Shown piece by piece: positions 9,109 through 17,833 of a DNA stretch of 64,000 nucleotides. The notes beneath the pieces are model-generated. The model made no database searches. It saw only the letters and a program-made list of their open reading frames with translations, and was not told the origin of the DNA. Each line of letters begins with the position of its first letter. Positions within the stretch are counted from its first letter, which is position 1. The stretch spans positions 2,424 through 66,423 of the forward strand of contig JBASTM010000022.1 in assembly GCA_049274895.1 (NCBI GenBank), given 5' to 3'. The translations under genes and the position numbers were made by a program. The stretch comes from Minisyncoccia bacterium (lineage in GTDB: Bacteria; Patescibacteriota; Minisyncoccia; JACQLN01).

Positions 9109-10998
9109 TTACTTGATGGTCAGGCGCCATATCTCATGCGATCCGACCACCATAAGACCGATCTTGTCTAGAAACAAGTGCCGGCCGGTATGCACAAACC
9201 GGGCGGAATCGGGGAACTCTTTCTCAACGACAAGATTGTCACCCGAAGCTTTTACCCGAACTATCCCATCGTCAGTCGCGACAAGAAGAAAGTCGCCCAC
9301 AGCGCACTTGCCGCGAAGTGTTCCCAGCCAAGATCCGTCACCAGCTTCGGCTTCGGCTCGCGCCTCAACCGTGCCGTCGTAACGGATAAGAAAACAGGAG
9401 TTTATGGTCTTGCCACTGACACGGTTTGAAACGATGAACCAGATTCTGTCCTTGCCAAAAAGACAAGTGGAGTCAACAAGTTGGCCATTGAACGGCCTTA
9501 AAGTCAGACTGTCGTTGATTCCTTTTTTCTCGGTGTTGAAGATGAAACATTGGCTTAGGCCGCCGGCGCGGTAGAAACCGAAGCCGACGCGCGACCCCGT
9601 CCAAAACAAAGTCTGTTGAGGCAACACATCGCCAATCGTTTCCTGGAAATCAGCGCCTAAATCGCTCGTGCGCTTAATCTGCCCGTTCTGCGTCCAGAAG
9701 ATATGATGTTCATTGGCGTCAACTACCGGCAACAACCCAAGGGTGTCGACAGTAAGCTTATGAGACGTCTGTTCTTGGGCGACGAACACAAGAGCGCGGT
9801 TGCCGCTTGCGATCACTGTGCCCAATCCTCGGATGCGAAAACGGGCGTGGGGATCAAGAGCGCCGGTTATAACCACCGAATCATCTTCGCGGCGGTATTC
9901 GCCGTTATGATGATAGAGCCAGCGTAAGTTTCCCCCTTGGGAAACAGCGAAAACAATTTTCCCTTCTGTCCGAAAAATTCTTTCACCTGAAACAGTTCCC
10001 GTGGACACGGCTGTCACCGCCTGTGGGATTATGGCTTTGCATTTGGGGCAAACACCGCGGGCGTGGAGCGTGCCACAAGTGCCGCAGGTCGTCCAACAAA
10101 TATCTTCAAGAAGCTGCCGCGGAATTAGCATCCGCTTGTCTCTCTCGAAAATATCGTGGAAGCACTGCAACAGATTGTCCGGCAGAACACTAAAGTGCCG
10201 GGATGGCTTCGGATAGCGCACTTCCGGATGAAATACCGTGATGCGGTGGAGCGGCCGAGCGCCATGGCTTATCTTTTGGGATGCTTTCTTTGGCTTGTAG
10301 ACTCCGCCGTATGGTCCGCCGGAAAGACAGAGCAGGGTTTGCATCAGCATAACCGCGAACGCGTACCAATCCGACATTTCGTTGTGCGGTTTTGAAAGAA
10401 GAAGTTTATTTTCGCTCGGATCACAGAGCAGTGGATCCACGAATCTCTCCGTGAAAACTCTGCACAAGAATCTGCCAAACTGGCAGCTGTCCGCGTCAAT
10501 TACATACGCCTCCGCTTTATCCACCAGAACATTAAGATCGTTGAAATCTCCTAGGACAACTCTGTTGGTATGGACCTGTTGTACTGTCGCATGGAGATCC
10601 TGAAAAATCTTCACAACAGTATCGTCCGATATTCCACCTTGCCTGAAGTTGACTTCCCCATACCGCAGAAGAACTTCCGCTCCTCTTTTGAACGGCATGG
10701 TGTAACCGACAACGCTTCCATCTTGCGCATAGGCAAGCTCCTGTGGAGCCACTATACGATGCGGCAGTCCGGAAGGGAATGATGGCAACTTTTGTTGGTG
10801 CTCAGCTATGCGCTTCCGGGCCCCTTCTTGCTCGTGCGGTAAACCTTGGTAGTCGGGGTGATCCGGCGGTTTGAAAATCTTTAGCGCCAGACCGCCGCCG
10901 ACATCATAGATGTCGGCTTCTCCTCCTTTGCCGATTGACTTGGCGGGATCCGGCCGAAATTTCTTTTTGGCCTGGCCAATCAGAATTTGGGTAGGCAT
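9109..10998 (-). CDS. atypical Ser/Thr protein kinase-like protein with zinc ribbon and C-terminal beta-propeller-like region
   Basis: Gly-rich loop IGKGGEADIY, Lys in ALKIFK, catalytic-loop-like VLGDFNDLNVLV and DFG-like YVIDADSCQFG. Then CWTTCGTCGT...CPKCK zinc ribbon and ~300 aa of repetitive beta-rich sequence. Start lies 2 bp after the PP2C stop. Confidence 0.65.
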   Translation of the reverse strand: MPTQILIGQAKKKFRPDPAKSIGKGGEADIYDVGGGLALKIFKPPDHPDYQGLPHEQEGARKRIAEHQQKLPSFPSGLPHRIVAPQELAYAQDGSVVGYTMPFKRGAEVLLRYGEVNFRQGGISDDTVVKIFQDLHATVQQVHTNRVVLGDFNDLNVLVDKAEAYVIDADSCQFGRFLCRVFTERFVDPLLCDPSENKLLLSKPHNEMSDWYAFAVMLMQTLLCLSGGPYGGVYKPKKASQKISHGARPLHRITVFHPEVRYPKPSRHFSVLPDNLLQCFHDIFERDKRMLIPRQLLEDICWTTCGTCGTLHARGVCPKCKAIIPQAVTAVSTGTVSGERIFRTEGKIVFAVSQGGNLRWLYHHNGEYRREDDSVVITGALDPHARFRIRGLGTVIASGNRALVFVAQEQTSHKLTVDTLGLLPVVDANEHHIFWTQNGQIKRTSDLGADFQETIGDVLPQQTLFWTGSRVGFGFYRAGGLSQCFIFNTEKKGINDSLTLRPFNGQLVDSTCLFGKDRIWFIVSNRVSGKTINSCFLIRYDGTVEARAEAEAGDGSWLGTLRGKCAVGDFLLVATDDGIVRVKASGDNLVVEKEFPDSARFVHTGRHLFLDKIGLMVVGSHEIWRLTIK

Positions 10999-11000
10999 GG

Positions 11001-11867
11001 CTACACCCTCTCTTCCTTTTGAGGATCTCGCCTGATTACAATCAAAGTCGTATCATCAGGCAACAAACCTCCAACAACCCGCGCCTTGGTAGCGCCAACA
11101 ACTTCGGCACCTTCTTTGTTGATAAGCGCCAGTCGGCGACGAACAGCATCGTTGTTGGTAAAGTAATGGTCATCGGACCAGAACTGGCCGATAGCGCCAA
11201 TGATATTGTCGCGATGCGGCAGTTTTGTGTCCGCCAATCCAATCAAATCAAGAACACCATCGCAGCCCAAAAGCAAATCCTCAAGCTCGCTCGTTGGGAT
11301 GACCCGGTTCACTTGAATCTTAAGAAGTTCCGGTTGGTTAGCCGTCAAAGATGAACCGGTAAGGTTGTAAGCAAGATATGGCGGTGTGTTGTTGGGAAAT
11401 GGTCCGAGTTGGAACATTTCTCCGTTTACCACAAAAACTCCATCCCCAAGGGAAAACAAAAAAGTTTCCCAGGGGGTGATAAGCGCGCCGACTATCGTGA
11501 ACAGAAAGTAGTCGTTGATCGTCTTGGAAAAACTTTCTCCCATGGACGATGCCAAAACGGCGATCTGGCTGAGTACGAGAATTTTTACCCGTTCCCAATC
11601 AATCCTGGCTTCTTTATCGGATTGAAGAAAAGCTTGCTCAACATACCGTTCTCCGGCCTCGGCCACGAACTGGACCACCAGCCGCGCCGAAATTTGGGCG
11701 CCTACTTCACTATGAGCGCCACTACCGCAACCGTCACAAACAACCGCCACCAGGCAGTTGTCCGTGCGACGCCAATGAAAAGCATCCTGATTGTTGGTCC
11801 AACCGGGTTGGCCCGGCTTGGTATGCTCCGTACCCGGTACAGAGCCACCGGCAATCTGAAAATCCAT
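11001..11867 (-). CDS. PP2C-family Ser/Thr protein phosphatase
   Basis: PP2C metal-binding motifs VVCDGCGSGAHSEVGA, GDGVFVV, GCDGVLD, DDTTLIVI. Start set at MDFQIAGG because a perfect AAGGAGG RBS lies 6 nt upstream. Confidence 0.75.
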   Translation of the reverse strand: MDFQIAGGSVPGTEHTKPGQPGWTNNQDAFHWRRTDNCLVAVVCDGCGSGAHSEVGAQISARLVVQFVAEAGERYVEQAFLQSDKEARIDWERVKILVLSQIAVLASSMGESFSKTINDYFLFTIVGALITPWETFLFSLGDGVFVVNGEMFQLGPFPNNTPPYLAYNLTGSSLTANQPELLKIQVNRVIPTSELEDLLLGCDGVLDLIGLADTKLPHRDNIIGAIGQFWSDDHYFTNNDAVRRRLALINKEGAEVVGATKARVVGGLLPDDTTLIVIRRDPQKEERV

Positions 11868-11905
11868 TAGCTGCCTCCTTTTCGTCAAAAGACTCGTTTT
11901 TAAGC

Positions 11906-11958
11906 GTAATTACTATGATTTGTTAAAGATCCTTCATAGTAACGCTTGGTTACTATGA
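11906..11958. promoter_or_regulatory. palindromic operator TCATAGTAAC-N5-GTTACTATGA plus an upstream half-site, between the divergent island operon and pncB
   Basis: Perfect 10-bp inverted repeat at 11934-11958 with 5-bp spacer. An additional GTAATTACTATGAT half-site sits at 11906-11919. Confidence 0.5.
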
Positions 11959-11984
11959 TCTAAAAAAAGCAGTTTTTGTTTGTG

Positions 11985-12029
11985 TTGTCAAGCCCAGATA
12001 TTGACAAAATAGTATTAATTAAATACTAT
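11985..12029 (+). promoter_or_regulatory. pncB promoter (TTGACA-17-TACTAT) overlapped by palindrome TTGTCAA-N9-TTGACAA
   Basis: -35 TTGACA at 12001-12006, spacer 17, -10 TACTAT at 12024-12029. The -35 is the right arm of inverted repeat TTGTCAA(11985-11991)/TTGACAA(12001-12007). Confidence 0.5.
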
Positions 12030-12076
12030 AATATATAGAGTTTTTGTACCTTAAATACACGAAAAAGGAGAACGGA

Positions 12077-13375
12077 ATGGATCCTAAGGGTTTTGCCGAA
12101 CGTCTGCGCGCAAGTTTGGCTGAGTTCAGCCCGCCAGTGCGGTCGCTTTTGGACGTGGATTTCTATAAGTTCACCATGGGACAGTTGATCCACTATTATT
12201 TTCCGTACACCGAGGTAGCTTTTCGGCTGATAGTCCGGGACGCCAAAATACCCTTGACCGAGTTTGTGGGCGAAGAAGATTTAAGGCGGTGCCTGGACTA
12301 TGCCATGGACCTTCGCTTTTCCGTGGACGAGCTTGACTTTCTTAGGAAAACCGACGTCAGCGGGAAAAGCATGTTCCGTGACCGTTATCTAGATTTTTTA
12401 CGCGACTTCCGCCTGCCGCCGTACCAGCTGAAGATGACCGACGGAACGATTGAGCTTGTTTTTCCGGGCTGCTGGCCCAAAGTATCCCCATGGGAAACCA
12501 TAGCTCTCGCTATTGTGAGCGAGCTTTATTACAGAAGGGTGTTGCGCCACACGCCCATTGAGACACTGAAAAAGATATATGAGCGAGCCGAGGCACGGCT
12601 TCGGAACAAACTTGATAAGCTGGCGACTCATCCGTATATTGCATTTGCCGATTTCGGCCAGAGGCGACGGCACAGTTTTTTGTGGCAAGAACATGTGCTG
12701 GAATTGTGTCGTGATACGTTGGGACAACAATTCACCGGAACATCCAACACCTACCTGGCCTGGCGTCATAACCTGCCGGCCATAGGCACCAACGCGCACG
12801 AGTTGCCGATGGTGATGACGGCTCTCGCCAGCTCCGACGAGAAGATGCGCCAAGCGCAATATCATGTGCTGGAACTCTGGCAGACGATCTACGGCCAGGA
12901 TTTGCGGATTTTTCTGCCGGACACTTACGGTTCGGAACAGTTTTTCGCCGGAGCGCCGGAATGGCTGAAAGACTGGCGTGGCCAACGCCAAGATTCCGGC
13001 GATCCAAAAATAGAAGGTGAAAGGTACGCGAGCTGGCTCCGGGAACGGGGCGTTGATCCAGCCGAACGTCTGACCATCTTTTCGGACGGATTGGATGTTG
13101 ACCCGATGATTGAAATTGGTTCGCATTTTGAAGGCAAACACCAGCACGCTTACGGTTGGGGCACGCTGCTTACCAACGATTTCACCGGCTGCGATCCCGC
13201 CAACCCAAACCTGCGGCCTTTTTCCATGGTCTGCAAAGTCGTGGCGGCCAACGGCCGGCCCTGCGTTAAACTATCCAACAATCCCGCCAAGGCCACCGGG
13301 CCGGCGGCAGAGGTCCAGCGCTACCTGCGCGTTTTTGGAAACAAAGGCCGCGCGGACCAGCCGGTTCTGGTCTAA
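12077..13375 (+). CDS. pncB: nicotinate phosphoribosyltransferase
   Basis: Signature LLDVDFYKFTMGQ plus a conserved C-terminal region. AGGAG RBS 7 nt before ATG at 12077. The longer ORF from 12044 is likely spurious. Confidence 0.85.
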   Translation: MDPKGFAERLRASLAEFSPPVRSLLDVDFYKFTMGQLIHYYFPYTEVAFRLIVRDAKIPLTEFVGEEDLRRCLDYAMDLRFSVDELDFLRKTDVSGKSMFRDRYLDFLRDFRLPPYQLKMTDGTIELVFPGCWPKVSPWETIALAIVSELYYRRVLRHTPIETLKKIYERAEARLRNKLDKLATHPYIAFADFGQRRRHSFLWQEHVLELCRDTLGQQFTGTSNTYLAWRHNLPAIGTNAHELPMVMTALASSDEKMRQAQYHVLELWQTIYGQDLRIFLPDTYGSEQFFAGAPEWLKDWRGQRQDSGDPKIEGERYASWLRERGVDPAERLTIFSDGLDVDPMIEIGSHFEGKHQHAYGWGTLLTNDFTGCDPANPNLRPFSMVCKVVAANGRPCVKLSNNPAKATGPAAEVQRYLRVFGNKGRADQPVLV

Positions 13376-13468
13376 AACAGTTCGACAAGTCGTTCGACCC
13401 TGAGGGTCTCAGGCCTTCGGTTCTGAGAAACCTCAGTCTCGATGAACCCGATGGGCTCATCATAAACG

Positions 13469-13505
13469 GCGAGAGCGGTTGCCAAACAGCCGCTCTCTTT
13501 TATTT
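13469..13505. terminator. bidirectional rho-independent terminator between pncB and dnaX
   Basis: GAGAGCGG-N12-CCGCTCTC stem followed by TTTTATTTTT. Preceded by further hairpins (CCTGAGGGTCTCAGG). Confidence 0.7.
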
Positions 13506-15002
13506 TTCCAAAACGCAGTTGAGGGCAAGGCGGACGCCGGAAACTTTGTGGACGGCGTCTTCTATGATTTTTTTGTTTTTGGCTTCGCTTAAGCGGTCTT
13601 TATGAAAGGAGTACTTAGTACTTAGTGTGAGTATATTAGAAGTAGCTTCTTTGGGTTTCATACTCATCAAGAATCCCGAAAGGGAATGGTTGTGCGGGCG
13701 GACTTCGTTGATAATTTCGGGCCACTTGGCTAAAACAAGCCCGAGGATATCTTTATCAGAAGCGGGTAGTGGGTAGCGAGTAGTTTGTAGTTCTTCTTTT
13801 TTGATATCAGAACTTTGGATTTCGGTGCGGTTAATTGCCAAACCCGGCTGATTAACCGAATCATTCTTACCACCAATAAGGTTAATCAAAGCCACCTCTA
13901 TTGCCATCTGCGGCAGGGGATAGCGGTCCAGATTTTTCTTGGCTTCGGAAAAACCGGATATCAAAGAAACCGTGAAACGAGCGGGGAGAGTTTGAGCTTG
14001 GCTGGCTATAGTTTCATAATCATCGCCGGCCAGTTCGCTTTTTATTTTTAAGGCGAGGTCGGGCGACAAACTCACCATCATAATTTTTCTTAAATAATGA
14101 GAAAGTGATTTCAGGAATTGATTGGCGTCGTAGCCGGCTTCCATGGTTTTATGCAGCCATTGTAAACCGCCGGTCAAATCTTTGGCCGCTAAAAAACCAA
14201 CAAACTCTTTAATCTTGCGGTGCGAAAACAGACCTAAAATTTCTTCGGCGGCCGAGAGCGTGATTTTATTTTCGCCGGTGGCGATGACCTGCCCCAGCAA
14301 ACCCTCGGCGTCGCGGGCCGAACCGTCGGCTTCGTGGGCGATTAAGCGCAAGACTTCTGGTTCGGTCGCGATTTTTTCTTTTTGGCACAATATATTCAAC
14401 CGGCCGGTCAATTCGGCCGCCGAAAGACGTTTGAAATCAAACCTTTGGACACGTGAAATGATGGTGGCCGGCAGGCGATGAGCTTCGGTGGTGGCCAGAA
14501 TAAAAATGGCGTGGGCCGGCGGTTCTTCCAGAGTTTTCAAAAAGGCATTGAAGGCCTCTTTGGTGAGCATATGGGCCTCGTCTATCAAATAAACTTTGTA
14601 GCGGCCGCTCGCAGGCCCAAAGCGCACATTTTCGCGCAGGTTTTTAATTTCGTCTATGCCGCGGTTGGAAGCCGCGTCTATTTCTATCAAATCCAGCGAC
14701 CGGCCGGAGTTAAAATCCAAACAGTTGGAGCATTTATTGCAGGGTTCGACTTCGCTCACCGCAGGTAACTCGGGCAAACCGCCCCGCGCGACGCAATTAA
14801 CTGACTTGGCAAGTATCCGGGCGATAGTGGTTTTGCCGCTGCCTCGCGGCCCGGCCAACAAATAAGCGTGGGAGATTTTGTTTTGCGCCAGAGAATTTTG
14901 GAGAGTCCTGACCACATGTTCCTGACCAACTATTTCGCCGAAAGTTTGAGGTCTATACTTTCTGTATAAGACTAGGTGATCCATATGAGTAGAGTATAGC
15001 AA
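13500..15002 (-). CDS. dnaX: DNA polymerase III subunit gamma/tau
   Basis: AAA+ clamp-loader motifs GPRGSGKTTIARILAK and YKVYLIDEAHML, plus zinc-module CNKCSNC. Confidence 0.9.
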   Translation of the reverse strand: MLYSTHMDHLVLYRKYRPQTFGEIVGQEHVVRTLQNSLAQNKISHAYLLAGPRGSGKTTIARILAKSVNCVARGGLPELPAVSEVEPCNKCSNCLDFNSGRSLDLIEIDAASNRGIDEIKNLRENVRFGPASGRYKVYLIDEAHMLTKEAFNAFLKTLEEPPAHAIFILATTEAHRLPATIISRVQRFDFKRLSAAELTGRLNILCQKEKIATEPEVLRLIAHEADGSARDAEGLLGQVIATGENKITLSAAEEILGLFSHRKIKEFVGFLAAKDLTGGLQWLHKTMEAGYDANQFLKSLSHYLRKIMMVSLSPDLALKIKSELAGDDYETIASQAQTLPARFTVSLISGFSEAKKNLDRYPLPQMAIEVALINLIGGKNDSVNQPGLAINRTEIQSSDIKKEELQTTRYPLPASDKDILGLVLAKWPEIINEVRPHNHSLSGFLMSMKPKEATSNILTLSTKYSFHKDRLSEAKNKKIIEDAVHKVSGVRLALNCVLEK

Positions 15003-15048
15003 AAAGCCGCCGAAGCCAATACCAAAACATGGTATAATTTACATAGCT

Positions 15049-16212
15049 ATGGACAATCAAAAAAGATTGGCAGTCGGCACTGGTTTATTTTTGATTTTTC
15101 TCACGGCCATTTTTTGGTTTTTGAACTCTCAAAACACTTACAGTTTCGTCTCCAGCACCGCCCACGAGGTTATAGAAAAAATAGCTTCTCCATCTCAAGC
15201 CCAAAAACTGGCCAACCCGCCTCATCCTATTAAGGGCATCTATATTTCCGCCTGGACGGCCAACAATCCCCAGAAAGTAAAAGGACTCATCCAGTTGGTA
15301 AAGGAAACCGAACTAAACGGCGTGGTAGTGGACGTAAAAGACGCCACCGGCTTTGTGAGCTATAAGGTCAACGTGCCTTTGGCCGATAAAATCGGCGCCA
15401 ACGATCACATCAAAATCCGCGACATAGACAAATTCATAGACCAATTCCACAAAGAAAACATTTACGTTATCGGCCGGGTGCAGGTTTTCCAGGATCCGGT
15501 TCTGGCCCAAGGCCGGCCGGACATCGCCATTAAAGATTCAAAAACTGGCGAACTATGGCAAGACAATAAAGGTTTGGAATGGATAGATCCTGCCAGCCGC
15601 ATCGCCTGGCAGTATGCCGCGGACATTGCCCAGGATATGGCCCAACACGGTTTTGATGAAGTCAATTTTGATTACGTGCGCTTTCCGGCTGACGGCATCA
15701 TAGAGCGTTTGGATTTTCCTTTCTGGAACGCCGTCCGCCCTAAATACGAACTTATTGGCACTTTTTTTGCCTACTTAAATCAAGAGCTTAAAAACGCCGG
15801 CATCGCCACCTCGGCCGACATTTTTGGCCTGGCCGCCTGGCGGGCTATGGATTTTACCTTTGATCTTAATATCGGCCAGCGTTTGATAGACGCCCTGCCT
15901 TATTTTGATTACGTCTCGCCTATGGTCTACCCCTCGCATTACCCCGACAACTTTGACGGCATCAAAAAACCGGCCGCCAAGCCCTACGAAATCGTCTATG
16001 GTTCGCTTAGAACCTGGCAAGATCTTAAAGCCACTACTTCGCATAAGGCCGTTTTGCGGCCGTGGCTTCAGGATTTTGATTTAGGCGGCGTAAAATACGA
16101 CCACACCAAAGTCCGCTCGCAAATAAAAGCCGCTTACGACACCGGCATAACGAGCTGGTTGTTATGGAATTCACCCAACCGCTACACCCGCGAGGCCTTG
16201 TTGGCCGAGTAA
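15049..16212 (+). CDS. membrane-anchored putative glycoside hydrolase-like protein (DUF4015/GHL-like)
   Basis: N-terminal TM helix followed by a TIM-barrel-like region with GVVVDVKD and DYVRFP motifs, reminiscent of DUF4015 family proteins. Confidence 0.45.
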   Translation: MDNQKRLAVGTGLFLIFLTAIFWFLNSQNTYSFVSSTAHEVIEKIASPSQAQKLANPPHPIKGIYISAWTANNPQKVKGLIQLVKETELNGVVVDVKDATGFVSYKVNVPLADKIGANDHIKIRDIDKFIDQFHKENIYVIGRVQVFQDPVLAQGRPDIAIKDSKTGELWQDNKGLEWIDPASRIAWQYAADIAQDMAQHGFDEVNFDYVRFPADGIIERLDFPFWNAVRPKYELIGTFFAYLNQELKNAGIATSADIFGLAAWRAMDFTFDLNIGQRLIDALPYFDYVSPMVYPSHYPDNFDGIKKPAAKPYEIVYGSLRTWQDLKATTSHKAVLRPWLQDFDLGGVKYDHTKVRSQIKAAYDTGITSWLLWNSPNRYTREALLAE

Positions 16213-16235
16213 GTGAACTTATGCTAACATTTTAA

Positions 16236-16979
16236 TTGATGGCCAAGATAATCGAAGTAAAAAATCTAGGTATTGCCTTCAACCAAAAACCGGTTTTGAA
16301 AAATATCACCTTTGAAATTAATCAGGGTGATATTTTGGCTATCATCGGCCCCAACGGCTCGGGCAAAACTTTACTTGTGCGCAGTATTTTGGGCTTGAAC
16401 GCGAACTACACCGGAGAAATTATCTGGCATTCCAGACCCGAAACCAGCTATGTGCCGCAAAAAATGATTTTTGAAAAAGGCTTTCCTTTAACCGTTAAAG
16501 AGTTTTTTCTGTTTGAGATAGGCCGAAATATGTCTTTTTGGAAACCCAGTTACAAAATGGAGCTTGAAATCAAAAAACGATTGGATGAAGTCAGAATGGG
16601 TCACTTGATCAACCACCGCTTGGGCGATTTGTCGCAGGGCGAGGCCCAAAGAATGTTTATTGCCCGCAGCTTATTGGAGCAGCCCCAACTTATTTTCTTT
16701 GACGAGCCGTCCGCGGGCATAGACATCTCCACCGAAGAAACGGTCTACAATCTGCTTTATGATCTTTACCAAAAAATGAATCTAACTATGGTTTTGGTTT
16801 CACACGAACTTTCGGTGGTTTATCGCTTCGCCACCAAAGTGGTTTGCCTAAACAAAGATCTTATCTGCCAAGGCACGCCCCAAGAGGTGTTAACGCCCGA
16901 GACTCTAAAAGAACTCTATGGCCACCACACCTCGGTTTACAAACATGTTCATAGTTTGGAACATGATCACACCACATAG
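16236..16979 (+). CDS. ABC transporter ATP-binding protein (ZnuC/metal-type)
   Basis: Walker A GPNGSGKT, signature LSQGEAQR, Walker B LIFFDEPSAGID, His-rich C-terminus. Confidence 0.85.
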   Translation: MMAKIIEVKNLGIAFNQKPVLKNITFEINQGDILAIIGPNGSGKTLLVRSILGLNANYTGEIIWHSRPETSYVPQKMIFEKGFPLTVKEFFLFEIGRNMSFWKPSYKMELEIKKRLDEVRMGHLINHRLGDLSQGEAQRMFIARSLLEQPQLIFFDEPSAGIDISTEETVYNLLYDLYQKMNLTMVLVSHELSVVYRFATKVVCLNKDLICQGTPQEVLTPETLKELYGHHTSVYKHVHSLEHDHTT

Positions 16980-16982
16980 ACT

Positions 16983-17777
16983 ATGATTACAGCCGATTTA
17001 TTAAACAACTTATACCCAATCTTGATGAGCTTGTCGTTAGGGCTTTCACTGCCTTTGATCGGAGTTTTTGTGATTTTGCGCCGCGAAGCCCTGCTGTCCG
17101 ATGCTCTGGCTCACGTCATCCTTTTGGGCATTGCTCTCGCCGTAACTTTTAAGATAAATATACTGGTTGGCATATTGGCTTTCGCACTTTTGGCGGGCTT
17201 GGCCATAAACGTAGTCAAAAACAGGGCCAATTTGGGTTTAGACGCCATTGTGGGCGTATTTTTCACCACCTCGCTGGCGCTGGGTTCTTTATTAATATCT
17301 TCGGAGGAGCTTTTGGAAGCTTTTTTGGGCGACTTGGAAAAAATAACGCGGGGCGATGTTGTTCTTTCCACCATCTTGGCCGCCGTTATAGTTGTAACTC
17401 TGATAGTCCGATTCAGGGAATTCGCTTTCATATCTTTCGCGCCTGATTTAGCCAAGGTGGACAAATTGGATGTCAAAAAATACGAGTTACTTTTTATACT
17501 GCTCTTGTCGCTGGGCGTGGCCACGGGCATCCAGTTGGTGGGGACATTGCTGATAAGCGCCTTGATAATCATCCCCGCCGCCACAGCCAAGATCTTCAGC
17601 TTTCAAATCCGCACTATGGCCGTTTGGAGCATGGTTTTTGGCCTATTTTCCGTTTTACTGGGTTTAATAGCCGTCAATTTCCTGGCTTCCCCCCCCGGCC
17701 CGACCATTATCTTGGTCAGCTCCGCCATTTTCTTTGTTGTCTTTCTCACTCATTCTATTTTCAAGACTCATAACTAA
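16983..17777 (+). CDS. ABC transporter permease (ZnuB/metal-type)
   Basis: About 8 TM helices. Adjacent to and co-oriented with the ATPase. No cognate binding-protein gene is adjacent. Confidence 0.75.
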   Translation: MITADLLNNLYPILMSLSLGLSLPLIGVFVILRREALLSDALAHVILLGIALAVTFKINILVGILAFALLAGLAINVVKNRANLGLDAIVGVFFTTSLALGSLLISSEELLEAFLGDLEKITRGDVVLSTILAAVIVVTLIVRFREFAFISFAPDLAKVDKLDVKKYELLFILLLSLGVATGIQLVGTLLISALIIIPAATAKIFSFQIRTMAVWSMVFGLFSVLLGLIAVNFLASPPGPTIILVSSAIFFVVFLTHSIFKTHN

Positions 17778-17778
17778 A

Positions 17779-17822
17779 AAACAACATTCCAACATTCTGC
17801 AGAATGTTGGAATGTTGTTTTA
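17779..17822. terminator. bidirectional terminator formed by a 20-bp perfect palindrome
   Basis: AACAACATTCCAACATTCTG|CAGAATGTTGGAATGTTGTT followed by TTTT and flanked upstream by AAAAA. Lies between convergent genes. Confidence 0.75.
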
Positions 17823-17833
17823 GGAATGTTGTT

